This document shows positions 22,101 through 30,630 of a DNA stretch of 55,518 nucleotides, piece after piece. Position numbers and translations under genes: made by a program. Below the pieces are notes generated by a model. It was given only the letters and a program-made list of their open reading frames with translations, had not been told where the DNA came from and made no database searches. The first letter of the stretch is position 1, and every line of letters begins with the position of its first letter. The stretch is from Tolypothrix carrinoi HA7290-LM1 (lineage in GTDB: Bacteria; Cyanobacteriota; Cyanobacteriia; Cyanobacteriales; Nostocaceae): the NCBI GenBank assembly GCA_019358935.1, contig JAHHIK010000055.1, positions 1-55,518 on the forward strand. The letters run 5' to 3'.

Positions 22101-23985
22101 CTGAGGCACAGGAGTCAGAGAGGATGTACGCTAATCGCTCCGGTGGATAGATCGGGTCGAGGGGTACATATGTACCTCCCGCCTTGAGAATTCCCAACAG
22201 TCCCACTACCATATCCAGTGAACGTTCGACACAAATGCCCACCAGTACATCTGCTCCTACACCCAATGAGCGCAAGTGGTGTGCCAATTGATTCGCGCGA
22301 CAATTCAACTCATGGTAGGTCAGCTGTTGATTTTCATACACCAGTGCTACTGCATTTGGGGTACGCTCTACCTGCGACTCAAATAAGGAATGGATACACT
22401 TATCAGTAGGATACTCCACAGTCGTATCATTCCACTCTACCAATAACTGCTGTTGCTCAACTTCACTCAGCAGGGGCAATTGGCAGATCCGCTCAATCGG
22501 ATTGGCAACAATTCCCTCTAGCAATGTCTGGAAATGACCCGCCATCCGCTCAATGGTGCTAGCATCAAACAGGTCTGTATTATAATTGAAAAAACTCTTA
22601 AGCGATTCCTTTGTTTCAATTATGTCTAAGATCAAATCAAGCTGACCTTCTTGTTGCTCTATTTCAAATGGTTCCAGCAGTAAACCACCCCAGTTCTTTG
22701 GGATTCTTGTTTCGCTGTTGTTGAGTAAATCTACGACCTCATTTTGCTGTGGTTTTTGCAAGGAGAACGATACTTGGAATATTGGCGAATAGCTGGTATC
22801 GCGATTCGGCTGCAATTGTTTGACTAATAGTGGAAAGGGATAATCTTGATGGGCGAGCGCTCCTAATACCGTAGAACGGACTTGAGCTAGGAATGCTTTA
22901 AAAGTAGGATTACCCAAAAAATTTGCTCGCAGTACAACCTGATTGACAAAGTAACCAACAATGTTTGCAAATTCAGTCTTACTCCTACCTGTGGTTGGAG
23001 AACCCACCAAAATGTCTGACTGCCCTGTGTAGCGATGGAGTAGCACCTCAAAAGCTGCCAGAAGAATCATGTAAAGGGTTACTCCCTCAACTTGGGCTAA
23101 CTCTCTAAGCTTTTGTAGCAATTCTTTAGACAACTTAAAAGCATGGGAGGCTCCCTGATAAGTTTGTACTGATGGTCGAGGTCGGTCTATTGGTAGATTT
23201 AGTACTGGCAATTCACCAGCTAACTGTTGCTGCCAGTATTTCCAAAGATCCTCTCCTTGAGAGCTACTTAATGTTTGAGTCTGCCATTTAATAAAATCTT
23301 GATAGAAAAATTTTATTGTTGGTAAAGTTGCCTTGACTCCTTCTTTTTGAGCTGCATACAGTAACGGCAATTCGTTCACAAGCATCCAAATAGACCATCC
23401 GTCGCAGGCGATATGGTGGATGGTGATTAACAAAACATAGTCTTGTTCTGTGACACCAAACAAACTTACCCGCATGACAGATCGAGCTTCCAAATCAATT
23501 GGACGCTTGTACGCTTCAACGACCTGCTGCTTTAGTTCCTCCGAATTCCAAGTGGAAGCATCCACCTCTTCAAACCAGACTTCTTGAAACTGATGAACTT
23601 CTTGAACTGGTTCACCGTTTTGCTCGCGAAAAGTGGTACGCAGCATTGGATGGCGAGCTATCAGTGTCCCAAAAGCCTGTCGCAAGGCTAGAACATCTAA
23701 ATTGGAGCGGATGCGGGCTGTAAAAGCAACATTATAAGCTGCGCTTTCAGGTGCCAGCTTGTACAAAAACCATAGTGCTTGCTGACCGTGAGACAAAGGA
23801 TAGGTATTAGATGTTGCAGCACGCTTTTTGAGAGTATTTATAATTTCTAGTTTATGTTGCTTAATTTCGCTTAATAGTACTGGAGTCAACGCGTCCTGGG
23901 ATCCTCTGCAGCGCAGCTTATCACCCTCAACCCATAGTTCGACATTTTGCGTCGAAAGATTCTGGAGGAACTCAACTAAATTCAT
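13135..23985 (-). CDS. Trimodular NRPS: TubC_N-C-A(Gly-like, LLM inserted)-PCP-C-A(Gly)-PCP-C-A(Gly)-PCP
   Basis: C motifs HHIACDGWS and HHIVSDGWS x2. A-domain codes read by eye: DILQMGMIWK (module 1) and DILQLGMIWK (modules 2, 3), glycine-type. LLM segment MDFSLFYFAS...WTPERHFHNFGGLYPNP at about 21693-20670. Three GGHSLL carriers. Confidence 0.95.
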   Translation of the reverse strand: MNLVEFLQNLSTQNVELWVEGDKLRCRGSQDALTPVLLSEIKQHKLEIINTLKKRAATSNTYPLSHGQQALWFLYKLAPESAAYNVAFTARIRSNLDVLALRQAFGTLIARHPMLRTTFREQNGEPVQEVHQFQEVWFEEVDASTWNSEELKQQVVEAYKRPIDLEARSVMRVSLFGVTEQDYVLLITIHHIACDGWSIWMLVNELPLLYAAQKEGVKATLPTIKFFYQDFIKWQTQTLSSSQGEDLWKYWQQQLAGELPVLNLPIDRPRPSVQTYQGASHAFKLSKELLQKLRELAQVEGVTLYMILLAAFEVLLHRYTGQSDILVGSPTTGRSKTEFANIVGYFVNQVVLRANFLGNPTFKAFLAQVRSTVLGALAHQDYPFPLLVKQLQPNRDTSYSPIFQVSFSLQKPQQNEVVDLLNNSETRIPKNWGGLLLEPFEIEQQEGQLDLILDIIETKESLKSFFNYNTDLFDASTIERMAGHFQTLLEGIVANPIERICQLPLLSEVEQQQLLVEWNDTTVEYPTDKCIHSLFESQVERTPNAVALVYENQQLTYHELNCRANQLAHHLRSLGVGADVLVGICVERSLDMVVGLLGILKAGGTYVPLDPIYPPERLAYILSDSCASVLLTQQAVADKLPDFKGRIVYLDSDWEFIAQRSEANLTSGVTCDNIAYVIYTSGSTGKPKGVMVCHKNVVNFFTGMDDSIGGDASGTWLAVTSICFDISVLELFWTLTCGFQVVIQREQDAVSSAATARSRLAAKKMDFSLFYFASAENDTAQDKYKLLLEGAKFADQHGFSAIWTPERHFHNFGGLYPNPSVTSAAIATITERIQIRAGSVVLPLHNPIRVAEEWSMVDNLSNGRVGLAFASGWHANDFVFAPDNYTRRKEIMCRDIETVHKLWRGESVSVQGGAGNNVDVKILPRPLQQKLPIWITASGNPETFQMAGEMGANVLTHLLGQTIEELAEKIAIYRDAWRKSGHGASAGHVTLMLHTFVGEDIDTVREKVRTPFCNYLKSSVGLLKSLAQSMNKDINSKDFTEDDMEVILSHAFNRYFETSALFGTPTICQEMTERLKAVGVDELGCLIDFGMDFDSVMSNLHYLDIVRQNSNKTTSTKAEDYSVPAQITRHSVSHMQCTPALARILTMNPESLNALGSLKKLMLGGEALSVSLAEDLTGMRSLLYNMYGPTETTIWSTTYLLGKVENTIPIGQAIANTQVYILDSHLQPVPVGVAGELHIGGDGLTRGYLNRPELTAEKFIPNPFGDAGSRLYKTGDLVRYLIDGNIEYLGRIDHQVKVRGFRIELGEIEALLSQHPTVQQAVVIAKEIADDKRLVAYIVPHAQSVPTTTQLRDFLHQQLPEYMVPAYFVVLDSLPLTPNGKVDRRALPTPTAQPESHNFVAPRTPTQEILAGIWALLLGVERVGIYDNFFESGGHSLLATQLISRLQSTFAVDLPLRSLFEQPTVAALAECIDTTLSQGQSRQAPLIVRIPRQSSMPLSFAQQRLWFLQQLEVESGFYNTAEAMRFQGQINVAALSFSLNQIVNRHEVLRTNFVTVDGQPIQVFASSLTLTLQVLDLQQLNQTERETTCQQLAIEEAARPFNLALDPLVRASLLKLGETEHVLLLVIHHIVSDGWSMGVLVRELAAVYQAECNSTPIALPELPIQYADFAHWQQQWLQGEVLESQLTYWKEQLAGAAALLELPTDRPRPAIQTYRGATLEFAISVEHSEALFALSQRLGVTLFMTLLAAFQTLLYRYSGQTDICVGTPIANRNRSEIEGLIGLFVNTLVLRSNLSNNPSFADLVSQVREVALGAYAHQDLPFEQLVEQLQPERSLSHTPLFQVMFVLQNAPMPELELTDLTLVPLPLQSETAKFDLTLSLENTERGFNGSIEYNTDLFDAATIERMVGHYQTLLEAIVVNPQQKLSDLPLLTATEQHQILREWNNTQADYPKYLCLHSLFEQQVEKTPDAVAVVFSDEQLTYRELNAKANQLAHHLVSLGVGPEILVAICAERSTDMLVGLLAIQKAGGAYVPLDPIYPPERLAYILEDSCASVLLTQITVADKLPDVHGRVVYLDSYSPKEYNSSNPNSNVCADNLAYAIYTSGSTGRPKGVQIRHSAVVNFLSSMSHKPGIVSEDVLVAVTTITFDIAALELFGPLSRGARLVLTPDLIADGGQSTAALATSSATVMQGTPATWRTLLQVGFLGNPQLKILCGGEALDRELAAQLLERTDTLWNMYGPTETTIWSAVSQVQAGSGSVSIGGAIANTQFYILDANLQPVPVGVPGELHIGGDGLARGYLNRPELTADKFIPNPFGDAGQRLYKTGDLVRYLIDGNIEYLGRIDYQVKVRGFRIELGEIEALLSQHPTVQQAVVIAKEIAGDKRLVAYLLPQSEAAPEIAQLRSFLKQQLPEYMVPTSFVVLDTLPLTPNGKVDRKALPDPSGQLESHNFVAPRTPIEEMLANTWASLLGVERVGVHDNFFTLGGHSLLATQLMSRLQSTFSVELPLRSLFELPTVAALAEYIATVQQTGQQRQTPIVRVPRQPEMPVSFAQQRLWFLQQFEPESGFYNIPVAMRFQGQLNVAALEQSLNQIINRHEALRTNFIQVNGQPMQVIASSSTLPLAVYDLQQLEPTGREIACRQLIIEEAAQPFDLASDLLMRASLFQLTEKEHVLLLVMHHIVSDGWSIGVLIREIAAVYQAGCNEMPIALPELPIQYADFAVWQQQWLQQEVLAQQLTYWQQQLAGVPALLELPTDRPRPAIQTYKGATQTFSLSSQLSAAIAAFSQKQEVTLFMTLLAAFQTLLSRYSGQTDICVGTPIANRNRSEIEGLIGLFVNTLVLRSNLSGNPSFSDFLSQMREVALGAYAHQDLPFEQLVEQLQPQRSLSYTPLFQVMFVLQNAPMPELELTDLTLCALPIESSTAKFDLTLVLENTSAGLSGFFEYNTDLFDAATIERMVGHYQTLLEAVVVNPQQKLSDLPLLTASEQHQILREWNNTQADYPKQLCLHQLFEQQVHLTPDAVAVVFDSEQLTYRELNAKANQLAHHLQALGVKPEVLVGICTERSSEMVVGLLAILKAGGAYVPLDPIYPRERLAYILEDARVEVLLTQQHLADLLADTHGHIVYLDSYSPKEYNSSNPNSNVSAENLAYAIYTSGSTGRPKGVQIRHSAVVNFLSSMSHKPGIVSEDVLVAVTTITFDIAALELFGPLSLGARVVLTRDIIADGGQSTALAAASATVMQGTPATWRMLTSAGFLGNPQLKILCGGEALSRELAAQLLERTDTLWNMYGPTETTIWSAVSQVQAGSGSVSIGGAIANTQFYILDTHLQPVPVGVPGELHIGGDGLARGYLNRPELTADKFIPNPFGDAGQRLYKTGDLVRYLIDGNIEYLGRIDYQVKVRGFRIELGEIEALLSQHPTVQQAVVIAKEIAGDKRLVAYLLPQSEAAPEIAQLRSFLKQQLPDYMVPTSFVVLDTLPLTPNGKVDRKALPDPDQTRLEVEAYVAPRNEVERLISAVWQEVLNLEKVGVHDNFFEVGGHSLLIIQVHNKLHHKLLENINREISVVDLFKYPSISSLAQYLSQKHDVETPTLQKINDRASKQIEALKRRPLMKQRKKTNG

Positions 23986-26900
23986 AATTCAACTTCAATC
24001 CAATTATTTAAATTTGATGTCACTGCTAATTCGACAGATGCTTCTGTTGTAGATTGAACCTTTGTTAATTGTTCGTTCACGTAAGTTGTTATACTAGTGA
24101 CACTGAGTCCCTCCATGAATTTTACCATCGGGATGTCCACCCCGAAGTTATTTTGAACCCAGTTCCTTAGTTCTAGAGCCGTTAATGAGTCAAGTCCCAT
24201 ATTGTTCAAAGGCTTATCTACGTCCAGTTGGTTAGTTAAACTAAGAATTTTGGCAACTTCTTCTTGAATGTAAGCTGTTAATAAGGAGTGGCGATCGCTT
24301 ACTGCCGCAGACTTTAACTGTTGTAGAATTTCAGACTTTGGCACTGATGAGTGAGCGGTTTTCTCTTGAAGTTCTATCTTGACAAATGATTCAAAGAACA
24401 GCTGCGGTTGTTGACCTCTCACACTCAATTGCTGCCCCAAGACCGACCAATCGACTGGTACCACTCCTATCTGTGAAGTTACTTGTCCCAGCACCTGTTC
24501 TAATACCTGCAATCCCTGCTCTGGTGCGATGCTATCTAATCCCAAGGTCGAGTTGCTAGCTTGGTGACGGCTTGCTAAACTGGCTGCCATTCCAACTTCT
24601 GACCATGATCCCCAGTTGATACTCAAACCGGGTAATCCCATGGTGCGGCGATGCTGCATTAGCACATCCATAAAGGTATTGGCAGCTGCATAGTTGCCTT
24701 GACCGAGTGAACCAAATAAAGCCGCAACTGAAGAGAAGCAGACAAAGAAGTCAAGTGGTAATTCTTTAGTTAAGTTATGCAGATGCCAAGTTCCGCTCAC
24801 TTTCGGTGCCATAACTCTCACAAAGCGCTCCCAGTTCTGCTGCTGCAAGACTCCGTCATCCAAAACTCCAGCCGCGTGAATAATTCCTCGCAGCGGTGGC
24901 ATAGTTGCTTGAACTTTATGAAGTAACTGAGCAACATCTTCTTGTTTAGCAATGTCTGCAGAGGCAACCAACACTCTAGCTCCCATCTGTTCTAATTGCT
25001 GGATGGCTGCAACAGTTCTGTCGGAAGCGCCACGACGCCCAGCCAGGATAAGATGTCGCGCCCCTTGCTCAACTAACCAGTGTGCTACCTTAAGTCCTAA
25101 GGCTCCTAGACCGCCAGTAATGAGATAGCTACCATCTTCTCGCACCAGTTCCTCTAAATGATTTGCATTTGCTGCAATTTCTGGCTGAGAAACCACGACT
25201 TTGCCGATATGTTTAGCTTGCGCCATGTACCGGAAGGCATTAACCACTTCCTCCAGAGGAAAGACCTTGTGTGGCAAAGGTTTCAGCTTGCCGTCCTGGA
25301 ATTCCTGCATCAGTTCTTGCAACATAGAGGCGATCACTTTTGGCTCGTTCATTGAAATGTTGAACAGATCGAAAGGGAAGTAGGACACATCCGGTCTAGT
25401 CGCTTGTACCTGCTCATGCTCCCAAATGCCGATTTTACCAATTTCGACGAATCTTCCCCCTCGTCCCAATACCTCAAAGCTCTTGGAAATGAATTCACCA
25501 CTCAAGCTGTTAAGCACAATGTCCACACCCTGTCCCTGGGTAATTGCCATGATTTCTTCCGCAAAATCCAGGGTTCGGGAGTTCATCACATACTCCACGC
25601 CCATAGACTTGAGGAAGTCCCATTTACTTGGGCTAGCAGTGGCAAATACTTGTGCTCCTGCTGCTTGAGCAATCTGAACAGCTGCCTGACCAACACCACC
25701 AGCCGCTGCATGAATCAAAACGCGATCGCCTGGTTTGATTTTAGCCAAACACCGCAATCCGTAGTGTGCCGTCGTGAAGGCGATCGGAATTGTCGCTGCT
25801 GCTTCAAAGCTCAGTCCTTCCGGTTTGTGCCCTACCAAATTAGCATTGACAACGACAAAGCTGTTAAAACTACCTATAGCATTGGCTGCAATCACTTTGT
25901 CACCAACCTTAAAGTTGGTCACACCTTCACCTATTGCTACAATCTTGCCCGCACACTCCGCACCAAAGGGCAGGTCGTCTGTTGACTTAATCCCCAATTG
26001 CTCGATATTTTCCTTGAGCATTCCCAAGGCATTAAGCACATCTCGGAAGTTCAATCCGGTCTCACGGACTTGAATTTCCACTTCTCCTGCTCCTGGCTGG
26101 CGTCGGGTCAACGGTACTAAGGTTAGATTATCTAAAATACCGTACTCGGAAATCTTCAATTCAAATGGTTCAACGCCAATCTGAACTTGTCCTTGTTGAA
26201 CAGTCTCGCTCGACTGGTATCGCTCCAATCTAGGAACGTAACGCAAACCCTGGCGATACGCAATTTGGTTTTCTCGGTCTGGAGAGGATAGCTCTTCCAC
26301 CAAAGCTGAGATATTATCGTCTGCTACCGGATCTAAATCCAAACACATGCACTGCAGATCGGGGTGTTCCAGAGTTATGACCTTACCCAGTCCCCACAAT
26401 GGAGACTGTTGAACTTGCACTAGGGAAGCTCCTCCAACCAACTGTGCTCCTTTGGTTACCAACCATAAATGTTGCAACCCAGACAATTGAATCATAGACA
26501 GGGCTTGAACCAAGTGAAGAACACTACCGCTGCCTAAACTTTGCGCCCATTGTAAAGCACCCGAAGAAAGCTCATTACTCGCTGACTCTAAACTCCACAA
26601 ATGCACAATCCCACACAAAGAAGATTCGCCATCCTTACCAATGTCCTGAAGTAAACGTTGGAAGTCTGCAAGTGCTAGTGGATCAAGCTCGTAATGTTCT
26701 GATGCTATCTGCTTATAGGTGGAGCCAACAAAAGCTAGAACACAGCTATCGCCTTGTGCTCTCAATTGTTTAGCTAGTTTTGTACCAATGCCAGTGCTAT
26801 CTGCAAAGATGAGCCAGTTGCTTTGCTGTTTGGGACTTACTGATGACGATTGAGGCTGACGTGGCTGAGGTTTCCACATGACTTGATACAGCCAGCTTCC

Positions 26901-29900
26901 TAAATTTTCCTTTTGAAGCATGCGCTGCAAAACTTTGGAGTTAGTTCGTCTGACGGTTAGTCCCTCCACCTGAGCAATAACCACTCCATTCGGGTCTAGT
27001 AGACTCAAATCAGCGCTCAACAGTTGCTGCTCTAACCCCTTAGCTTGTAGAATTTTGACTTGACTCCATAATAAATGAGTATTGGGGCGATCATAAATTC
27101 TCAAGCGCTCTACACTCACAGGTAAATAAGCATTTTGCCGCTCATCTCTTGAAAAAATACCCGCTATAACCTGAGAGCTAGCGTCTAGGAGAATAGGATG
27201 TAATTGATACTGAGCAACTTCTGAGTGTAATACTTCTGGCAATCTAATTTGTCCGATCGCCTCTTGTTGACGTTTCCTAATTTGTACAACCGCTTGAAAG
27301 CTTGGACCAAAGTTGATGCCTACAGCCTGAAATTGTTGATAGAACTCAGCAACAGAAACTTCCTCTGGGTATTGAGTTTGTAAAGCAGTTAAGTCTACCG
27401 ATTCTGGCAAGAGTGCTGCTTCGTCCCTCTTGATTTTTCCAATTGCGTGTAATGTCCAGATGGGTTTCTCTTCATTCTGACTTTCTGTGAGGCTAAAGAT
27501 TTGGAAAGAGTAGCCATAAGTCTCTTGAGGCGTCAACAGCATTTGCAGAGTTTTACCCTCATCTTTTGGCAACATCAAAACTTGCTGAATCTCAACATTC
27601 TCTAGCACCAAATTTGAGGATTTGAAGACAGCTGCTCCTGCTGCGAAAGCCATCTCCAAGTAAGCTGTGGCTGGTACAATTACCACACCAAAAATGTTAT
27701 GAGCCTTCAGATAAGCTGGCGAATCTTGACTGATTTGGGACTGGAAATGAATATTCTCAGAACCCGGTAGATGCAAGCGTTGACCAAGTAAGGGATGATA
27801 CTTTTTAGCATTTATACTTATTGACGAAAGCTGCGTTTGATGATGGGTAATATTAGTCGTCTCCACCCAACAGCGCTGTCGTTGAAACGGATACGTAGGC
27901 AACACCACTCGCCGATGTGCATACTCCCGGTCAAACCCTGACCAGTCTACCTCAGTTCCACGTATGTATAACTGTGCTAAACTCTGCAGCATCTGCTGCC
28001 AATCTGACTGCCCCGGACGCAAGCTCGCAAGCCAAACTCCCACTTGTTCGCTTAAGCAGTTACGCCCCATCCCCAACAATGTCGCTTTGGCTCCTATCTC
28101 TAGAAACACCTCATAACCCTTTGCATGCAGTGTCTTGATACTTTTGGCAAATTGTACCGGACGCCGTAAATGTTGACACCAGTAATCAGGCGAAATCTCT
28201 TGCGATGTCAGTTGTTCTCCTGTGAGGTTGGAGATGAACTCAATTTGGGGAGTGGCGTAATTGACTGTGGCTGCTACCTCACGAAATTGAGCCAGTATTG
28301 GCTCCATTAGTGGTGAGTGGAAGGCGTGTGATGTTTGTAGCTTTTTCGTTGTGATTCCTGCTGCTTCTAAGGAGGCACAGATACTTACGACTGCCTGCAC
28401 TTCACCAGATATCACCGTGTTTTCTGGTCCATTAAAAGCTGCAATCGCTACTTTATCTGGCTCTAACTCCGTGATAGGACGTATGGATTCCTCCGAGGCA
28501 AATACTGCGACCATCTCACCACCAGCAGGCAAACTTTGCATCAGTTGGCTTCTTGCTACAATCAACTTGAGTCCATCTTCCAAACTCAAGACTCCCGCTA
28601 CAGTGGCAGCGACGTATTCCCCGACACTATGACCCATGACTGCATCTGGAACAATGCCCCAAGATTTCCACAACTGGAACAGGGCATATTCTATGGCAAA
28701 TAGGGCTGGTTGCGTGTAAGCTGTTTGGTTTAATTTTGGATTTTGGATTTCTCCGTCAAGCTCAGAGGACGACAAAACCTCTGGATATAGGATAGATAAC
28801 AGCGACTCGCCCAGGTAGGGACGTAAAATTTCGTCGCAACGGTTTATAGTTTGTCTAAAAACAGGGGCAATTTCATAGAGTTGACGCCCCATATTAATGT
28901 ATTGTGATCCTTGTCCTGTGAATAAAAATGCTATTTTCGAGTGCTTGCTGAGTGCTTGAGCGCTATAAAGTCCTGTTGTCGTTTCGCCTCTAGTAAAAGC
29001 CCCTAGCTGTTCGTATAATTCCACGGCTGATTGGGCTACCACAGCTAGCCGATAGTCAAAATGCGTACGCCCTGTATTAGCAGTAAAACACATGTCTTCT
29101 ACGGCTAACAATGGATTCGCTCTTAGGTAATTCTCATACCGAAGTGCTAACTGCTTGAGTGCCTCAGAGGTCTTCGCTGATAGCGTCAGCAGATGCATGG
29201 GGCGTTCCACTTGAACTGCCACTGTCTCTAATACTGGTGCTTCTTCCAACACTATATGCGCATTTGTACCACTCATGCCAAAGGAACTGACTCCCGCCAA
29301 CCGCCGTTTTTCTCCTGAAAACCAAGGCATTGGCGACTTTGGCACCACCACTGGCAGTTCATCCCAGTTGATGTAAGGACTCGGATGTTTGAAGTGCAGG
29401 TGGGGTGGAATCTCGTTATGTTGGAGGGAAAGCACCACCTTGATGACACCCGCTACTCCTGCTGCTGCTTCCAGGTGACCCATGTTAGTTTTCACTGAAC
29501 CAATTACCAGAGGGTTCTCTGGCGATCGCCCTTCACCCAGCACAGTTCCTAAAGCTCTTACCTCAATCGGGTCTCCCAAAGACGTTGCCGTACCGTGAGC
29601 CTCCACATAGTTTATTTCCGAAGGCTCTACCTTAGCGTTCTTGAGTGCTTGGCGAATCAGCACTTGTTGAGCCGAACCATTGGGAACCGTCAAACCACTG
29701 CTGGGTCCATCGTGGTTAATCGCTGAACCCCGAATAACAGCTAAGATGTTGTCTCGATCTGCCTCAGCATCCGAGAGACGCTTGAGAACTAAAACCCCGC
29801 ATCCCTCGCCCCGCGCAAAACCATTGGCAGCGGCATCGAAGGTGTAGCAGCGACCATCAGGGGAGAGGGCATGAGACCTGGATAGAAAAATATTTACTCC

Positions 29901-30629
29901 TGGTGACAGCATCAGTTGTACCCCGCCAGTCAAAGCCATATCGCACTCTCCGGTGCGGAGGCTTTTACAGGCTAAATGGATAGCCACCAACGAAGAAGAG
30001 CAAGCGGTATCCATAGATACGCTTGGACCCTGTAGCCCTAGAATATAGGACAATCGACCAGACGCAAAGCAAAAGCCATTACCCGTGCCGTCATAAGCGC
30101 TAATGTGTGTATTACCAGAATTCAGTTGCAATTGTGCATAATCATTTTGACCAATACCCACAAAAACGCCAGTTCGGCTATTAACTAAAGACTTTGGTGC
30201 AATTCCAGCCCTCTCCAAAGCTTCCCAGCTCACCTCTAAGAGTAACCGCTGCTGCGGATCTATGCTCGCCGCCTCTCTAGGGGAAATCCCAAAGAACAGG
30301 GGGTCGAACTGGTCTACCTGTTGCTGCAAAAATCCACCCATACGGGTGTACATTTTCCCTTGGGCATCGGGGTCTGGGTCATAGAAATCATTGATATTCC
30401 AGCGGTCATGGGGAACTTCTACCATCGCATCTACACCATCGCGCATCAGTCTCCAGAAAGCATCCGGATCGTCAGCACCCCCAGGGAAACGGCAGCCGAT
30501 ACCAATAATAGCGATCGGCTCTGTTTTTGAACGCTCAACCGCCTCAAGTTTGGTTCGCGCTTCTTTCAACGCCAGAAGAAGTCGTTGTGATTCAGACAGT
30601 TTTTCTATTCTATCAGAAATGTCGCCCAT
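23982..30629 (-). CDS. Fully reducing cis-AT PKS module KS-AT(malonyl)-DH-ER-KR-ACP
   Basis: [32 protein letters not shown] plus [30 protein letters not shown] (B-type), YAAAN; ACP GLDSL; C-terminal NNWIEVEL. Confidence 0.95.
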   Translation of the reverse strand: MGDISDRIEKLSESQRLLLALKEARTKLEAVERSKTEPIAIIGIGCRFPGGADDPDAFWRLMRDGVDAMVEVPHDRWNINDFYDPDPDAQGKMYTRMGGFLQQQVDQFDPLFFGISPREAASIDPQQRLLLEVSWEALERAGIAPKSLVNSRTGVFVGIGQNDYAQLQLNSGNTHISAYDGTGNGFCFASGRLSYILGLQGPSVSMDTACSSSLVAIHLACKSLRTGECDMALTGGVQLMLSPGVNIFLSRSHALSPDGRCYTFDAAANGFARGEGCGVLVLKRLSDAEADRDNILAVIRGSAINHDGPSSGLTVPNGSAQQVLIRQALKNAKVEPSEINYVEAHGTATSLGDPIEVRALGTVLGEGRSPENPLVIGSVKTNMGHLEAAAGVAGVIKVVLSLQHNEIPPHLHFKHPSPYINWDELPVVVPKSPMPWFSGEKRRLAGVSSFGMSGTNAHIVLEEAPVLETVAVQVERPMHLLTLSAKTSEALKQLALRYENYLRANPLLAVEDMCFTANTGRTHFDYRLAVVAQSAVELYEQLGAFTRGETTTGLYSAQALSKHSKIAFLFTGQGSQYINMGRQLYEIAPVFRQTINRCDEILRPYLGESLLSILYPEVLSSSELDGEIQNPKLNQTAYTQPALFAIEYALFQLWKSWGIVPDAVMGHSVGEYVAATVAGVLSLEDGLKLIVARSQLMQSLPAGGEMVAVFASEESIRPITELEPDKVAIAAFNGPENTVISGEVQAVVSICASLEAAGITTKKLQTSHAFHSPLMEPILAQFREVAATVNYATPQIEFISNLTGEQLTSQEISPDYWCQHLRRPVQFAKSIKTLHAKGYEVFLEIGAKATLLGMGRNCLSEQVGVWLASLRPGQSDWQQMLQSLAQLYIRGTEVDWSGFDREYAHRRVVLPTYPFQRQRCWVETTNITHHQTQLSSISINAKKYHPLLGQRLHLPGSENIHFQSQISQDSPAYLKAHNIFGVVIVPATAYLEMAFAAGAAVFKSSNLVLENVEIQQVLMLPKDEGKTLQMLLTPQETYGYSFQIFSLTESQNEEKPIWTLHAIGKIKRDEAALLPESVDLTALQTQYPEEVSVAEFYQQFQAVGINFGPSFQAVVQIRKRQQEAIGQIRLPEVLHSEVAQYQLHPILLDASSQVIAGIFSRDERQNAYLPVSVERLRIYDRPNTHLLWSQVKILQAKGLEQQLLSADLSLLDPNGVVIAQVEGLTVRRTNSKVLQRMLQKENLGSWLYQVMWKPQPRQPQSSSVSPKQQSNWLIFADSTGIGTKLAKQLRAQGDSCVLAFVGSTYKQIASEHYELDPLALADFQRLLQDIGKDGESSLCGIVHLWSLESASNELSSGALQWAQSLGSGSVLHLVQALSMIQLSGLQHLWLVTKGAQLVGGASLVQVQQSPLWGLGKVITLEHPDLQCMCLDLDPVADDNISALVEELSSPDRENQIAYRQGLRYVPRLERYQSSETVQQGQVQIGVEPFELKISEYGILDNLTLVPLTRRQPGAGEVEIQVRETGLNFRDVLNALGMLKENIEQLGIKSTDDLPFGAECAGKIVAIGEGVTNFKVGDKVIAANAIGSFNSFVVVNANLVGHKPEGLSFEAAATIPIAFTTAHYGLRCLAKIKPGDRVLIHAAAGGVGQAAVQIAQAAGAQVFATASPSKWDFLKSMGVEYVMNSRTLDFAEEIMAITQGQGVDIVLNSLSGEFISKSFEVLGRGGRFVEIGKIGIWEHEQVQATRPDVSYFPFDLFNISMNEPKVIASMLQELMQEFQDGKLKPLPHKVFPLEEVVNAFRYMAQAKHIGKVVVSQPEIAANANHLEELVREDGSYLITGGLGALGLKVAHWLVEQGARHLILAGRRGASDRTVAAIQQLEQMGARVLVASADIAKQEDVAQLLHKVQATMPPLRGIIHAAGVLDDGVLQQQNWERFVRVMAPKVSGTWHLHNLTKELPLDFFVCFSSVAALFGSLGQGNYAAANTFMDVLMQHRRTMGLPGLSINWGSWSEVGMAASLASRHQASNSTLGLDSIAPEQGLQVLEQVLGQVTSQIGVVPVDWSVLGQQLSVRGQQPQLFFESFVKIELQEKTAHSSVPKSEILQQLKSAAVSDRHSLLTAYIQEEVAKILSLTNQLDVDKPLNNMGLDSLTALELRNWVQNNFGVDIPMVKFMEGLSVTSITTYVNEQLTKVQSTTEASVELAVTSNLNNWIEVEL

Positions 30630-30630
30630 T

